Positions 1 through 8,658 of a stretch of 64,000 nt of DNA are shown piece by piece. The stretch spans positions 58 through 64,057 of the forward strand of contig JBMSKF010000005.1 of assembly GCA_049419605.1 (NCBI GenBank). Reading direction: 5' to 3'. Position 1 is the first letter of the stretch; each line of letters starts with the position of its first letter. Origin of the DNA: Bacilli bacterium. Lineage in GTDB: Bacteria > Bacillota_I > Bacilli_A > RFN20 > CAG-826. The position numbers and the translations under genes are program-made. The notes below the pieces were generated by a model that saw only the letters and a program-made list of their open reading frames with translations, was not told where the DNA came from and made no database searches.

Positions 1-557
1 GATATAATCAACTCTTTTCCTTGATAATGCGTGACTTGGTAGGTCATAAATTTAAGTTGACTTAATTCAACTTTCTTCGTGATCTTGTCTTGAAGAACTG
101 CTTCAGATTGAGGGCCTTGTAAGGCAAGTTGAAGAAGTTTGTTTGTCACCACTTCAATTTGAACATCATAATTACCTTTGTGTTGATTCATCCATTCAAG
201 ATCCACTTGAGCATTTATAGCATTAATGACAAGTAATATTTTTTTAGGGTTAAAAACATAGGCAATTAGGTCATCAATTGGATAACCTTGTTCATTACAC
301 ATTAAGGCGTAAATAGCTTTGTTTTCTGGTTGACCTTGAATTTCATTTGTCACTAAGGATTCAACAAATGGAATCGCATCTTTACCGGTGACCAATACAC
401 GGCCCATATGGGAAACATCAAAGACGCCTGCTGATTGACGAACAGCACGGTGTTCTGCAACCAAACCTTTATATTCCTGTGGCATGGTAAAGCCACCATA
501 AAAAACGATTTTAGCACCTAATTTTATGTGTTCTTCGTGGAGTGGTAGTTTCGCCAT
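1..557 (-). CDS. gcvT: Aminomethyltransferase (glycine cleavage T protein), N-terminal ~185 codons; the 3' end runs off the window
   Basis: Absent from the ORF track because there is no stop in the window. Reverse translation from ATG (557-555) gives MAKLPLHEEHIKLGAKIVFYGGFTMPQEYKGLVAEHRAVRQSAGVFDVSHMGRVLVTGKDA..., a typical GcvT N-terminus. A GAGGTG RBS lies just upstream. Confidence 0.85.
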   Translation of the reverse strand, partial: MAKLPLHEEHIKLGAKIVFYGGFTMPQEYKGLVAEHRAVRQSAGVFDVSHMGRVLVTGKDAIPFVESLVTNEIQGQPENKAIYALMCNEQGYPIDDLIAYVFNPKKILLVINAINAQVDLEWMNQHKGNYDVQIEVVTNKLLQLALQGPQSEAVLQDKITKKVELSQLKFMTYQVTHYQGKELII

Positions 558-633
558 ATTACACCTCTATTGGATTTCATTTTATCTTATGATTGCAATC
601 GAAGGTATAAGAAAATAATCGTGATAAAATAAG

Positions 634-1167
634 GTGATGAAATTTAATCAATATCTAATTGTGGTGGATGTGCAAAAGGATTTTGTTGATGGGGTTCTCG
701 GCACAAAAGAGGCCGTTGCCATGATTCCCTATTTAGTCAACAAACTTAAATCGTTTAAGGGCACCATTATTTTTACTCAAGATACGCACGATGAAGCGTA
801 TCTATCTAGTATCGAAGGGCAAAAACTTCCTGTGGTTCATTGCCTTAAAAATACACCAGGTTGGCAAATAGAAAACAACATACTACCTTATACGAAAGGT
901 AAAAAAATCTTTCAAAAACCAACGTTTGGATCAGAAAAATTAGTACGCTTTCTTAAAAAACAAAACCAAAAATCACCTATTCATTTGATTGAGGTAGTTG
1001 GAATTTGCACTGATATCTGTGTCATATCCAATGTAATGATGTTGAAAGCTGCTTTACCAAATGTCCCAATTCGCGTTGACGCTAGGGCTTGTGCTGGAGT
1101 TACACCACAAAGTCACACAAGAGCGTTGGATGCGATGGCATCAATTCATATAGACATTAAAAATTAA
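634..1167 (+). CDS. Isochorismatase-family cysteine hydrolase (nicotinamidase-like)
   Basis: VVDVQKDF (catalytic Asp), a K in QKPTFG, and the GICTDICV catalytic Cys motif. At 177 aa the size fits this family. The true start may be the ATG at 637. Confidence 0.75.
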   Translation: MMKFNQYLIVVDVQKDFVDGVLGTKEAVAMIPYLVNKLKSFKGTIIFTQDTHDEAYLSSIEGQKLPVVHCLKNTPGWQIENNILPYTKGKKIFQKPTFGSEKLVRFLKKQNQKSPIHLIEVVGICTDICVISNVMMLKAALPNVPIRVDARACAGVTPQSHTRALDAMASIHIDIKN

Positions 1168-1197
1168 AAACCTCCTATAGTTCGGAGGTTTTTTTCT
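1166..1197. terminator. Bidirectional rho-independent terminator shared by the hydrolase gene (+) and tRNA-Ala (-)
   Basis: AAAAACCTCC-tatagttc-GGAGGTTTTTTT. The GC-cored stem is flanked by an A-run on one side and a T-run on the other. Confidence 0.8.
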
Positions 1198-1207
1198 TTT
1201 ACAAAGT

Positions 1208-1283
1208 TGGTGGAGCTGACGAGGATCGAACTCGCTACCTCGTCGTTGCGAACGACGCGCTCTCCCAAATGAGCTACAGCCCC
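1208..1283 (-). tRNA. tRNA-Ala, anticodon CGC, CCA encoded
   Basis: Reverse complement is GGGGCTGTAGCTCATTTGGGAGAGCGCGTCGTTCGCAACGACGAGGTAGCGAGTTCGATCCTCGTCAGCTCCACCA. It shows the G3:U70 Ala identity pair, anticodon stem CGTCG/CGACG with loop TTCGCAA, and a GTTCGATC T-loop. Confidence 0.9.
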
Positions 1284-1297
1284 AAGATTGCTTAACA

Positions 1298-1326
1298 AGA
1301 TTAACAAAAAAAGCATAAAAGAGCAA
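1298..1326 (-). promoter_or_regulatory. Sigma-70-type promoter for tRNA-Ala
   Basis: On the minus strand: TTGCTC, a 17-nt spacer ending in TGT (extended -10), then TAATCT. It lies 14 nt upstream of the mature tRNA 5' end. Confidence 0.45.
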
Positions 1327-1375
1327 CCTTTTGAGGCAATAATATCGTTTTATCAAAAACTTATAAGGTTTCTAT

Positions 1376-1389
1376 TGTAAGCGCATACA
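1376..1389 (+). promoter_or_regulatory. cre/LacI-family operator-like pseudopalindrome upstream of the beta-glucan operon
   Basis: TGTAAGCGCATACA has one mismatch to cre consensus TGWAANCGNTNWCA. The half-sites are TGTAAGC and its near complement. It overlaps a TACAAT -10-like hexamer (1386-1391), 60 nt upstream of the ATG at 1450. Confidence 0.4.
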
Positions 1390-1449
1390 ATATATCTTAT
1401 GATGAAAGAAACCGATTTCCTTAATAAGGAAATTTAAAGGATATTCGAT

Positions 1450-4400
1450 ATGAAAACTTTTATTAGTGATCGTTATCAAAAACAAAAACCTTTTGCAGGC
1501 TTTTTACCTGGGATTGCTGGCAAAGAAGGACTTCCAATGTGGGTCTTTTATGTCAATCGTGGCCAGGCTATTAGTACCTTTGGTGTTCGAGATAAAAATG
1601 GAGCGATTGCAGAATTTTATCCAGCAAATCTAGCGTACGCTTATATTCATCAAAATGGATTTCGTACTTTCCTGAAATATAAAGGCGAAGTATATGAATG
1701 TTTTCAAGAAAAGAATGAACAACAAACTTTTACAGTAGATGCCCATGAAATCATCATTGAAGAAACCATCCAAAAATGGAATCTAAAGGTTAAAGTTACG
1801 TACGCAACTTTACCGAATATGCCACTTTCAGCCTTAATGCGAAAGGTTGATATTACTTCACTCGATGGAAAAGAAAAAAATTTAATTGTTATTGATGGAC
1901 TAGCGCAAATCCTACCCGCGGGCATTGATTATGGTGGTTATAAAGCGGTCAGTTATTTACTACAAAGTTGGATGGAAGTTCAAGAAAATGACAACCATGT
2001 CTTTTTAAAATTACGAGCGTCTACCGCAGACTCTAGTGAAGTCAAGGCTGTTGATGATGGAAATTTTTATACGTATATTGGTCTCAACCAAAAGCAATAT
2101 TTATACGATTACAAAGCGGTTTTTGCTCAAGATTCATCTTTTGTAACGCCTTATCAGTTGCAAACGCTTGATTATCAACAACTCATTAAACAAAAACAAG
2201 CCCCAGTTAATCAAGTGCCATCTGCCTTTGTAGTCAGTGAATTATCGGTCAAACAAACCACCACTTTTTATGGGGTCTTTGGTTACAGTCAAAGTCGATC
2301 CCAATTATCACCATTAGTTCAAAAAATGAACGCGACTTTTTTAGAAAATAAGTTTAAAGAAAATCAATTCGCTGTAGAAAACTTAACTTCAGAAATTAAG
2401 ACGCAAACATCAAAGCCAATGTTTGATTCCTACTTACAACAATGCTACTTGGATAATATTTTAAGAGGCGGTTATCCGATTCAATTTGAAACGCTAGATG
2501 GATCCATTGGTTATCATATTTATTCAAGAAAACATGGCGATTTAGAAAGAGATTATAATTTCTTTTCTCTAGAACCAAGTTATTTATCCCAAGGGAATGG
2601 TGCATTTAGAGATGTTCTACAAAATCGTAGAAACGATCTTTATTTTCATCCTGAAGTTGGCACGACGACAATTGCTCAATTTGCTTCTTTAATCCAAGCG
2701 GACGGATATAACCCCTTAAGTATAGAAGGGATTATGTTCACCTTTAAAGGTGATGCATCGAGTTACCCTGTGGCCATCCAAGATTTATTAAAGCAAGAAT
2801 TCACGCCTGGACAAGTTGCCAACTTAGCAGGGCAATTTCAATTGCCGGTCATGGAAACCGTAATCAAGATTATCAAACAATCTCATTATCACTTTAAAGC
2901 CACATTTGGTGAAGGTTATTGGGGTGATCATTTCACCTATTTTTTAGACTTAATTGAAACGTATTTAGATATTTATCCTGATCAAGTCGATTCATTATTT
3001 CAACAAAAACATCGCTATTTCTTGTCACCAGCCTTTGTTCAAAAGCGAGATGATAAATATATTTTAAAGAATGGAAAAGTTCGCCAATATCACGCAGTTC
3101 ATCATGACCATGGTGCGCCACAACGTGGATGGTTAAAACTCGCAAGTGGAGAAGAAGCCACCACTTCATTGTTTGGAAAGTTATTAACTTTAGTTTCAAA
3201 TAAGTTTGCGCAATTAGATCCTGAAGGTCTTGGTTTGATGTATGAAGCCGAAAGACCAGGTTGGAATGATGCGATGAATGGCGTACCTGGTTTATTTGGA
3301 TCAGGTGTTTCAGAAATGCTTGAGCTAAAACGTCTTGTTCAATTTTTACAACAACAAAAAATGACTGCCATAGAAGTGTTGGCTCCTTTAAATACCTTAA
3401 TCACTAGTTTATTAGCGGTCAAAGATGGTTCTTTATTTGATCAATGGTCAAAGAGGATGGATGCTTTAGAACGATATCGCGATCAACTAAAAGCCCCATT
3501 AACGACCACGACGATCAGTGCAGATTTAATTCAAAGCCTACTTACGCACATGGCGAAAACACTTCAAAGTTCAATGGAAAGATTATTAGCCATTCATCCT
3601 ATTCCTTACACCTATTTTATTTACGAAGTTGATCAGTATGATTTATTACCCAAAGCCAATGGCAACGCCATGCAAACTGTTCGTGCAAAATCTTTTAAAC
3701 GAGTCCCCTTGCCTCACTTCTTAGAAGCACCTGCTCGTATGCTTTCCAATGGATTTTTATCTCCAGAACAAGCGGCTAAGCTTTACCAAGCCATTCAACA
3801 ATCTCCTCTTTATGATGCCCCGTTAAAGATATATAAAACCAGTACGCCATTAGACCAACAATCCATGGAAATTGGACGTATTAGAGCATTTACACCAGGA
3901 TGGTTAGAACGTGAATCAGCATTTTTACACATGACGTATAAGTACATGCTTGGTTTATTGAAAGCAGAAGCATACCCATCTTTTTTTGAAGCGATGCAAC
4001 ATGGGTTAACTTGTTTTATGGATCCACAAATCTATGGCCGCTCACCTTTAGAAAACTCATCATTCATTGCCACGACCAATAATCCAGATAGTTCAAAACA
4101 TGGCCAAGGATTCTATGCTAGATTATCTGGTTCTACCGCAGAAGTTATCTCGATGTGGAAACGCCTATTATTAGGAAAAAAATTATTTTCACTAAAAAAT
4201 CATCAACTTCAATTTCACATTCAACCTATCATTCCTTTGGAATATTTCAAAGATGGGAAAATTGAAACCACATTGTTTGCCGATATTAAAATTCGTTTAA
4301 CCTTAACAGAACCTATAAAACCGACGGATAAAATTGTGTCAGTTTCTGGCTATCGATTATCTTACTTAAATCAAACTCAACCGATTGTCATCCAAGGTAC

Positions 4401-4482
4401 CACCATTGAAGGTGAACATGCCTTGGCGATTCGACAAAAACGTATACGAGAGATTGAAGTTTTATTAAAAGGAGGACAATAA
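1450..4482 (+). CDS. Large cytosolic glycoside phosphorylase-like protein (GH94/GH149/GH161-clan-like; candidate beta-1,3-glucan/laminarioligosaccharide phosphorylase)
   Basis: 1010 aa with no signal peptide. The ERPGWNDAMNG motif resembles the (D/G)WND general-acid motif of (alpha/alpha)6 phosphorylases. It is the first gene of an operon that also carries GH16 and GH30 genes. Confidence 0.5.
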   Translation: MKTFISDRYQKQKPFAGFLPGIAGKEGLPMWVFYVNRGQAISTFGVRDKNGAIAEFYPANLAYAYIHQNGFRTFLKYKGEVYECFQEKNEQQTFTVDAHEIIIEETIQKWNLKVKVTYATLPNMPLSALMRKVDITSLDGKEKNLIVIDGLAQILPAGIDYGGYKAVSYLLQSWMEVQENDNHVFLKLRASTADSSEVKAVDDGNFYTYIGLNQKQYLYDYKAVFAQDSSFVTPYQLQTLDYQQLIKQKQAPVNQVPSAFVVSELSVKQTTTFYGVFGYSQSRSQLSPLVQKMNATFLENKFKENQFAVENLTSEIKTQTSKPMFDSYLQQCYLDNILRGGYPIQFETLDGSIGYHIYSRKHGDLERDYNFFSLEPSYLSQGNGAFRDVLQNRRNDLYFHPEVGTTTIAQFASLIQADGYNPLSIEGIMFTFKGDASSYPVAIQDLLKQEFTPGQVANLAGQFQLPVMETVIKIIKQSHYHFKATFGEGYWGDHFTYFLDLIETYLDIYPDQVDSLFQQKHRYFLSPAFVQKRDDKYILKNGKVRQYHAVHHDHGAPQRGWLKLASGEEATTSLFGKLLTLVSNKFAQLDPEGLGLMYEAERPGWNDAMNGVPGLFGSGVSEMLELKRLVQFLQQQKMTAIEVLAPLNTLITSLLAVKDGSLFDQWSKRMDALERYRDQLKAPLTTTTISADLIQSLLTHMAKTLQSSMERLLAIHPIPYTYFIYEVDQYDLLPKANGNAMQTVRAKSFKRVPLPHFLEAPARMLSNGFLSPEQAAKLYQAIQQSPLYDAPLKIYKTSTPLDQQSMEIGRIRAFTPGWLERESAFLHMTYKYMLGLLKAEAYPSFFEAMQHGLTCFMDPQIYGRSPLENSSFIATTNNPDSSKHGQGFYARLSGSTAEVISMWKRLLLGKKLFSLKNHQLQFHIQPIIPLEYFKDGKIETTLFADIKIRLTLTEPIKPTDKIVSVSGYRLSYLNQTQPIVIQGTTIEGEHALAIRQKRIREIEVLLKGGQ

Positions 4483-4547
4483 CTAGCATCAACAATATAA
4501 GTAGGGAAAATTGTTCGCTATCTATCATCATGAAAGGAAATTTATTG

Positions 4548-7136
4548 ATGAAACATTATTGGAAAGGCCTATCCATTACGTTAGCAGCCCTCGTGTTAGC
4601 AGCGTGTGGAACCCCAAGTTCAAGTAGCCAAACGAGTTCCACAAGTACGAGTACTTTATCCTCGATTACGATTGCTGGAGCAAATGATGTTACCTTAGAA
4701 TTTGATGTCGATTTTAACTTTTTAACTGGCGTTACTGCTACTGGTAATAACGGCCAAGATTTTACATCGAGTATTACACTCTCTTCGATTTCTACCGCGG
4801 TTAATACTACAACGGGTGTTTTAGACACCACAAGAACTGGTGTTCATACCGTTCAATATCGTGTCCAATCTGGCACGATTGTTGCAACTAAATTTAGAAA
4901 TGTTACCGTTCAACAACCTCAATCCACAGGCGGTATGTTATTAAATCCAGACTTTGCTTTGGGTACTGCTGGTTGGACGGATCCAAGTGTTGTCTATAAC
5001 GAAAGTGGATCAAGTATTGACTTCGATATTGAAGATGGTGCATTAAAAGTAGTGGTTGTGGCAAGTCCTGTTGCCTATGCTCCACGCTTTGGACAAATGA
5101 ATGTACCCTTTGAAATCGACACCACATATGAAGTAAGCTTTAGAGCAAAATCCAGCGTAGTTAAACCCATTAACTTAAATGCTGGTGAATTATTATCCTC
5201 TGCTCCTTGGTTTGTTGACTTCAAACCTGGTCAACCAGAAATTAGAACGATTGGAACCGAATGGGCAACTTATTCCTATATCTTTACTCACCGTCTTGAT
5301 AACAAGCGTGGTGGTATTTTATTTGAATTAGGAACAGTCAGTGGTCAAAAAGTGGATGCCACGATGTACTTTGATGACATCACGATTGAAGAAGCAACTG
5401 CAGGTCCAGATGTGACCGCACCAAACTTCTCTGGTGTTTCTGCCACTGTCAGTGTTTTGGTGGGATCAACCTACGATCCATTAAATGGTGTCACCGCATT
5501 AGACATCGTTGATGGTGACTTAACGGATGAAATTTTAGTGGAAATTCTTGACAGCAATAACGCAGTCGTCAATGCCGTTGATACTTCTGTTCCTGCGGTG
5601 TACACAGTGAATTATTCTGTTGAAGACGCTGCAGGAAATGAAGCAACTGCCCAAACTATTGTCAATGTTGTAAGTTTAGTTTTCAAGAATGAAAACTTAT
5701 TGGCGAATGGTTCATTTGCAGAAGCGGTAGGAAATGAATGGAGTTTCTGGAGCCAAGATTGGGGTACAGCTCCTGTTGTGAATCGTTCGCAAAATGTTGA
5801 AGCTGGCACTTATACTTTAGACATCACCAATGGTGGTGATGCTGCTTGGGCGATTCAAATGAATCACGTCGGTGCTGAATTGGTTCAAGGTCAAACTTAC
5901 CGTTTATCATTCACAGGTTCCTCGACCGTTGCAAGAAAATTCTCAGCAGCGTTTGATACAGGGGCCCCAAACTATGATAACTATGCGCGTAAAAATGGAT
6001 TTGAATTAGGGACAACGAGTTCTACTGTTGATCACATTTTTACCGTAACCAAAGCTACTGGCATCATTCGTTTAACCATTGAATTTGGTTCACAAGATGG
6101 ATTTGCAAACGGTATCGTGACGTTATCTGAAGTTCGTTTACAACGATTAGATGCTTCTCCATTAATTAGTGATTCCAAATTTGCGATGTCTGGCTGGCGT
6201 CATTTCGTTAATGACTGGGATGGCACGGTTGCCACTTCCGGAATCGTCGCTGGCGAATATAAAATGACCATTACAAAGACTGTTGCCTTAAGTCCAACTG
6301 CAGATAATTGGAAATTACAAATTATCCAAGATAATGTTGCCTTCGGCGAAACTGTTGATGATGGTCGTATGAATTTAACAGCGGAAAAATCTTATACCTT
6401 AAGTTTTGACATGTATGCCTCACAAAACATTAATGTCACCACATTTATTGGTGCCCCTGGTGTTTGGGTTAACTATGTTCCAGAAGCAAACCGTGTCAAC
6501 GCAGTCACCACAAGTAAACAAACCATTACGATTCCTGTGAGTACGGTTGGGGCAACCTTAAATGGTAAGGAAAAAATTTCCTTTGAATTTGGTTCTTCCT
6601 TCTCGAACTTTGAATCCGGAAATGAATTTGTTGCGATTGATAATGTGGTCTTAAAAGAAGGTAACACCGTTTTACCAAACATCATTAACGGTGATATGAA
6701 CGCTATTTTAGGCGGACACACCTTCTTTACAGAAAATGGTGGTGCGATGACAAGAGGCGCCAATGGTGGTGCTTCTATTGAAGTTCCTGCTTTAGGCGGC
6801 GCTGCTTATCAACCTCATTATTACTATATTTTCCCAACGCTTGCCAAAGGTAAATATGAAGTGAAGATCGCATTAACCAGTTCGGTGACTCGTGATTTAC
6901 GCTTTAATATTATTCTTCCTGATGCGGGTTATGCTTCGATCCTTCCTGAAAACTTTGTTGATTTCCGCGTCACTGCAGATACCCCTTATGTCTTTACCGT
7001 TTCGTTCGAAGTGGTCAATCCATTAACGAATGTGAAACTTGAATTAGATCTAGGGACACTTGGTGGTGATAAGGTTTCCTTACCAGGAACTTTCTTAATT
7101 TCAGAAGTACTCGTCTACGCAAATTACAATAGCTAA
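4548..7136 (+). CDS. Surface lipoprotein with two Ig-like (DUF5011-type) modules and four CBM4/9/22-like beta-sandwich modules; glycan-binding protein
   Basis: Lipobox LAAC-GTPSSSS followed by a Ser/Thr linker. There are four roughly 155-aa repeats, each starting with a N(P/G)xF..GW-type motif and ending FDDITIEE / LSEVRLQ / IDNVVLKE / ISEVLVY. The DVTAP...DIVDGDLTD module is Ig-like. The ATG at 4548 has an AAAGGAAA RBS; the track start at 4530 does not. Confidence 0.65.
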   Translation: MKHYWKGLSITLAALVLAACGTPSSSSQTSSTSTSTLSSITIAGANDVTLEFDVDFNFLTGVTATGNNGQDFTSSITLSSISTAVNTTTGVLDTTRTGVHTVQYRVQSGTIVATKFRNVTVQQPQSTGGMLLNPDFALGTAGWTDPSVVYNESGSSIDFDIEDGALKVVVVASPVAYAPRFGQMNVPFEIDTTYEVSFRAKSSVVKPINLNAGELLSSAPWFVDFKPGQPEIRTIGTEWATYSYIFTHRLDNKRGGILFELGTVSGQKVDATMYFDDITIEEATAGPDVTAPNFSGVSATVSVLVGSTYDPLNGVTALDIVDGDLTDEILVEILDSNNAVVNAVDTSVPAVYTVNYSVEDAAGNEATAQTIVNVVSLVFKNENLLANGSFAEAVGNEWSFWSQDWGTAPVVNRSQNVEAGTYTLDITNGGDAAWAIQMNHVGAELVQGQTYRLSFTGSSTVARKFSAAFDTGAPNYDNYARKNGFELGTTSSTVDHIFTVTKATGIIRLTIEFGSQDGFANGIVTLSEVRLQRLDASPLISDSKFAMSGWRHFVNDWDGTVATSGIVAGEYKMTITKTVALSPTADNWKLQIIQDNVAFGETVDDGRMNLTAEKSYTLSFDMYASQNINVTTFIGAPGVWVNYVPEANRVNAVTTSKQTITIPVSTVGATLNGKEKISFEFGSSFSNFESGNEFVAIDNVVLKEGNTVLPNIINGDMNAILGGHTFFTENGGAMTRGANGGASIEVPALGGAAYQPHYYYIFPTLAKGKYEVKIALTSSVTRDLRFNIILPDAGYASILPENFVDFRVTADTPYVFTVSFEVVNPLTNVKLELDLGTLGGDKVSLPGTFLISEVLVYANYNS

Positions 7137-7151
7137 AGGAGGCTTAGGATA

Positions 7152-8612
7152 GTGAAACATAAAGCTAAACTATCCGTTGTAGCCTTGTTTGTCCTTGCTG
7201 GATGTGGGGGAACCCCATCCAGTAGTGGCAACACTACAACGAGTGAAACGTTACAACCTGTAACGTTGTCTTATGCAGATTGGGGTAATCAAGAACTCAA
7301 TCAACGCATGATTGATTTATTTGAAGCAAAGTATCCGCATATTACGGTCGAACTTCGACAAGATATTGTGGGTGCAGGTTCACAATTTACAGGCAACCTC
7401 GTCACTGCCGCTCAAGCTGGATTACTCCCTGACGTTTTTGCAACCGATAACGTCCCTACCGTTATCAATGCTGGTTTAACGTTGGATGTGGCTCAGTACT
7501 GGGATGCTGATGAAGATGCTCAGTTAGTCTATGACAATATTGCGCTTGCCGGAGTTTATAACGGCAAACGTTATGCCGTTCCGTCATTCCAATTCTTAAA
7601 AGGGATTTTAATTAATCTCAATATTTTTGAACGCGCCAACTTGCAAACCGTTCCAGGAAAGTATCGTATTGATAATGATGGGTATCCTGTAAAGGATTGG
7701 ACATTTGAAGAATTTGTGAATATTGCAAAAGACATTAAAAACTTTGATTTAGTGAATACCGAAAATTTAGTTGTTGGGATGGACACGTGGTATGGATCAC
7801 CTGATTTCCAACAAGTGTGGCCAATGATGCAAAATGCTGAAACCCAATACGATACATGGGATGGTGAACAATTTCATTACACCTCCGCAGATTGGATCAG
7901 TGCGATGCAAGCTAAAGTTGCCCTTCATCAATTAACCGATGGCACGACCACACGTTTTACACCAGAAGATTATGATGCCGAAGATAATGACGAATTAAGA
8001 ACGTATATGATTCAAACCGGTTATGCGGCGATGGACATTGAAGGTTCTTGGCAATTCTGGGTCATTAAAGATGCAATCGATAATCGTGATTTTGAATTAG
8101 GTTTCTGGCCTTATCCACAAGGTGATGCTGGATTATTCCCTCCTACCATTTTAGATTTCCAAGCCGTTTCATCTCAAACTGAGCATCCAGAAGAAGCTTA
8201 CTTACTAGCCAAATGGATGACATTTGGTCAAGATGGCTGGAATGCTCGTTTATCATTATTAGAAGAAGATCGTGAAGAAGCAATCGCGGAAGGGTTAACG
8301 CCTGATTTCTTAGACCGTTTCCCAATTGCGGATTATCCTGATGTTTGGACACGAGTCGAAGGCCTTGTAGAAGGAATTGAAGGGATCGATGCAATTTTTG
8401 ATCGTATTCAATATTCAAAACCAGACTTAGACAAATGGTTACCAGGTTATAAAGATTTCTGGGCATGGGTATACACGCCTGAAAATCCATTTAACTTTGA
8501 TAACTTAGTCGCCGAAGGACCCAATGCAGTGCCAACTTATGCAGCCGCATGGGAAGCACAAATTAATATGCTCGTAGCAGAACAACTTGCTGCCTTAGGT
8601 GCAAGTCAATAA
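7152..8612 (+). CDS. CUT1-type ABC sugar substrate-binding lipoprotein
   Basis: GTG start 9 nt after an AAGGAGG RBS. Lipobox LAGC-GGTPSSSG. At 486 aa it matches the size and composition of family-1 extracellular solute-binding proteins. Confidence 0.8.
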   Translation: MKHKAKLSVVALFVLAGCGGTPSSSGNTTTSETLQPVTLSYADWGNQELNQRMIDLFEAKYPHITVELRQDIVGAGSQFTGNLVTAAQAGLLPDVFATDNVPTVINAGLTLDVAQYWDADEDAQLVYDNIALAGVYNGKRYAVPSFQFLKGILINLNIFERANLQTVPGKYRIDNDGYPVKDWTFEEFVNIAKDIKNFDLVNTENLVVGMDTWYGSPDFQQVWPMMQNAETQYDTWDGEQFHYTSADWISAMQAKVALHQLTDGTTTRFTPEDYDAEDNDELRTYMIQTGYAAMDIEGSWQFWVIKDAIDNRDFELGFWPYPQGDAGLFPPTILDFQAVSSQTEHPEEAYLLAKWMTFGQDGWNARLSLLEEDREEAIAEGLTPDFLDRFPIADYPDVWTRVEGLVEGIEGIDAIFDRIQYSKPDLDKWLPGYKDFWAWVYTPENPFNFDNLVAEGPNAVPTYAAAWEAQINMLVAEQLAALGASQ

Positions 8613-8620
8613 TCACCACA

Positions 8621-8646
8621 GGGAGATTTCCTCACGGAAATCTCCC
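8621..8646 (+). promoter_or_regulatory. Perfect 11-bp intra-operon hairpin immediately after the SBP gene (attenuator or mRNA 3'-end stabiliser)
   Basis: GGGAGATTTCC-tcac-GGAAATCTCCC. The downstream sequence ttgattcg is only weakly T-rich. This is the only strong secondary structure within the 22-kb operon. Confidence 0.6.
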
Positions 8647-8658
8647 TTGATTCGATGC

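Noticed and set aside
558-633. Expected a glycine riboswitch upstream of gcvT.
   Set aside because: The intergenic space is only 76 nt and lacks the conserved glycine-aptamer cores, so none is present here.
1141-1356. 71-aa minus-strand ORF.
   Set aside because: It spans the terminator hairpin and the whole tRNA-Ala gene, so it is an artefact.
8599-8658. The track ORF for the giant SBP-like protein starts at GTG 8599, overlapping the upstream SBP gene.
   Set aside because: The extension (MQVNNHHREISSRKSPLIRC) is simply the translation of the 11-bp hairpin region. The in-frame ATG at 8659 gives a normal basic-then-hydrophobic N-terminus.
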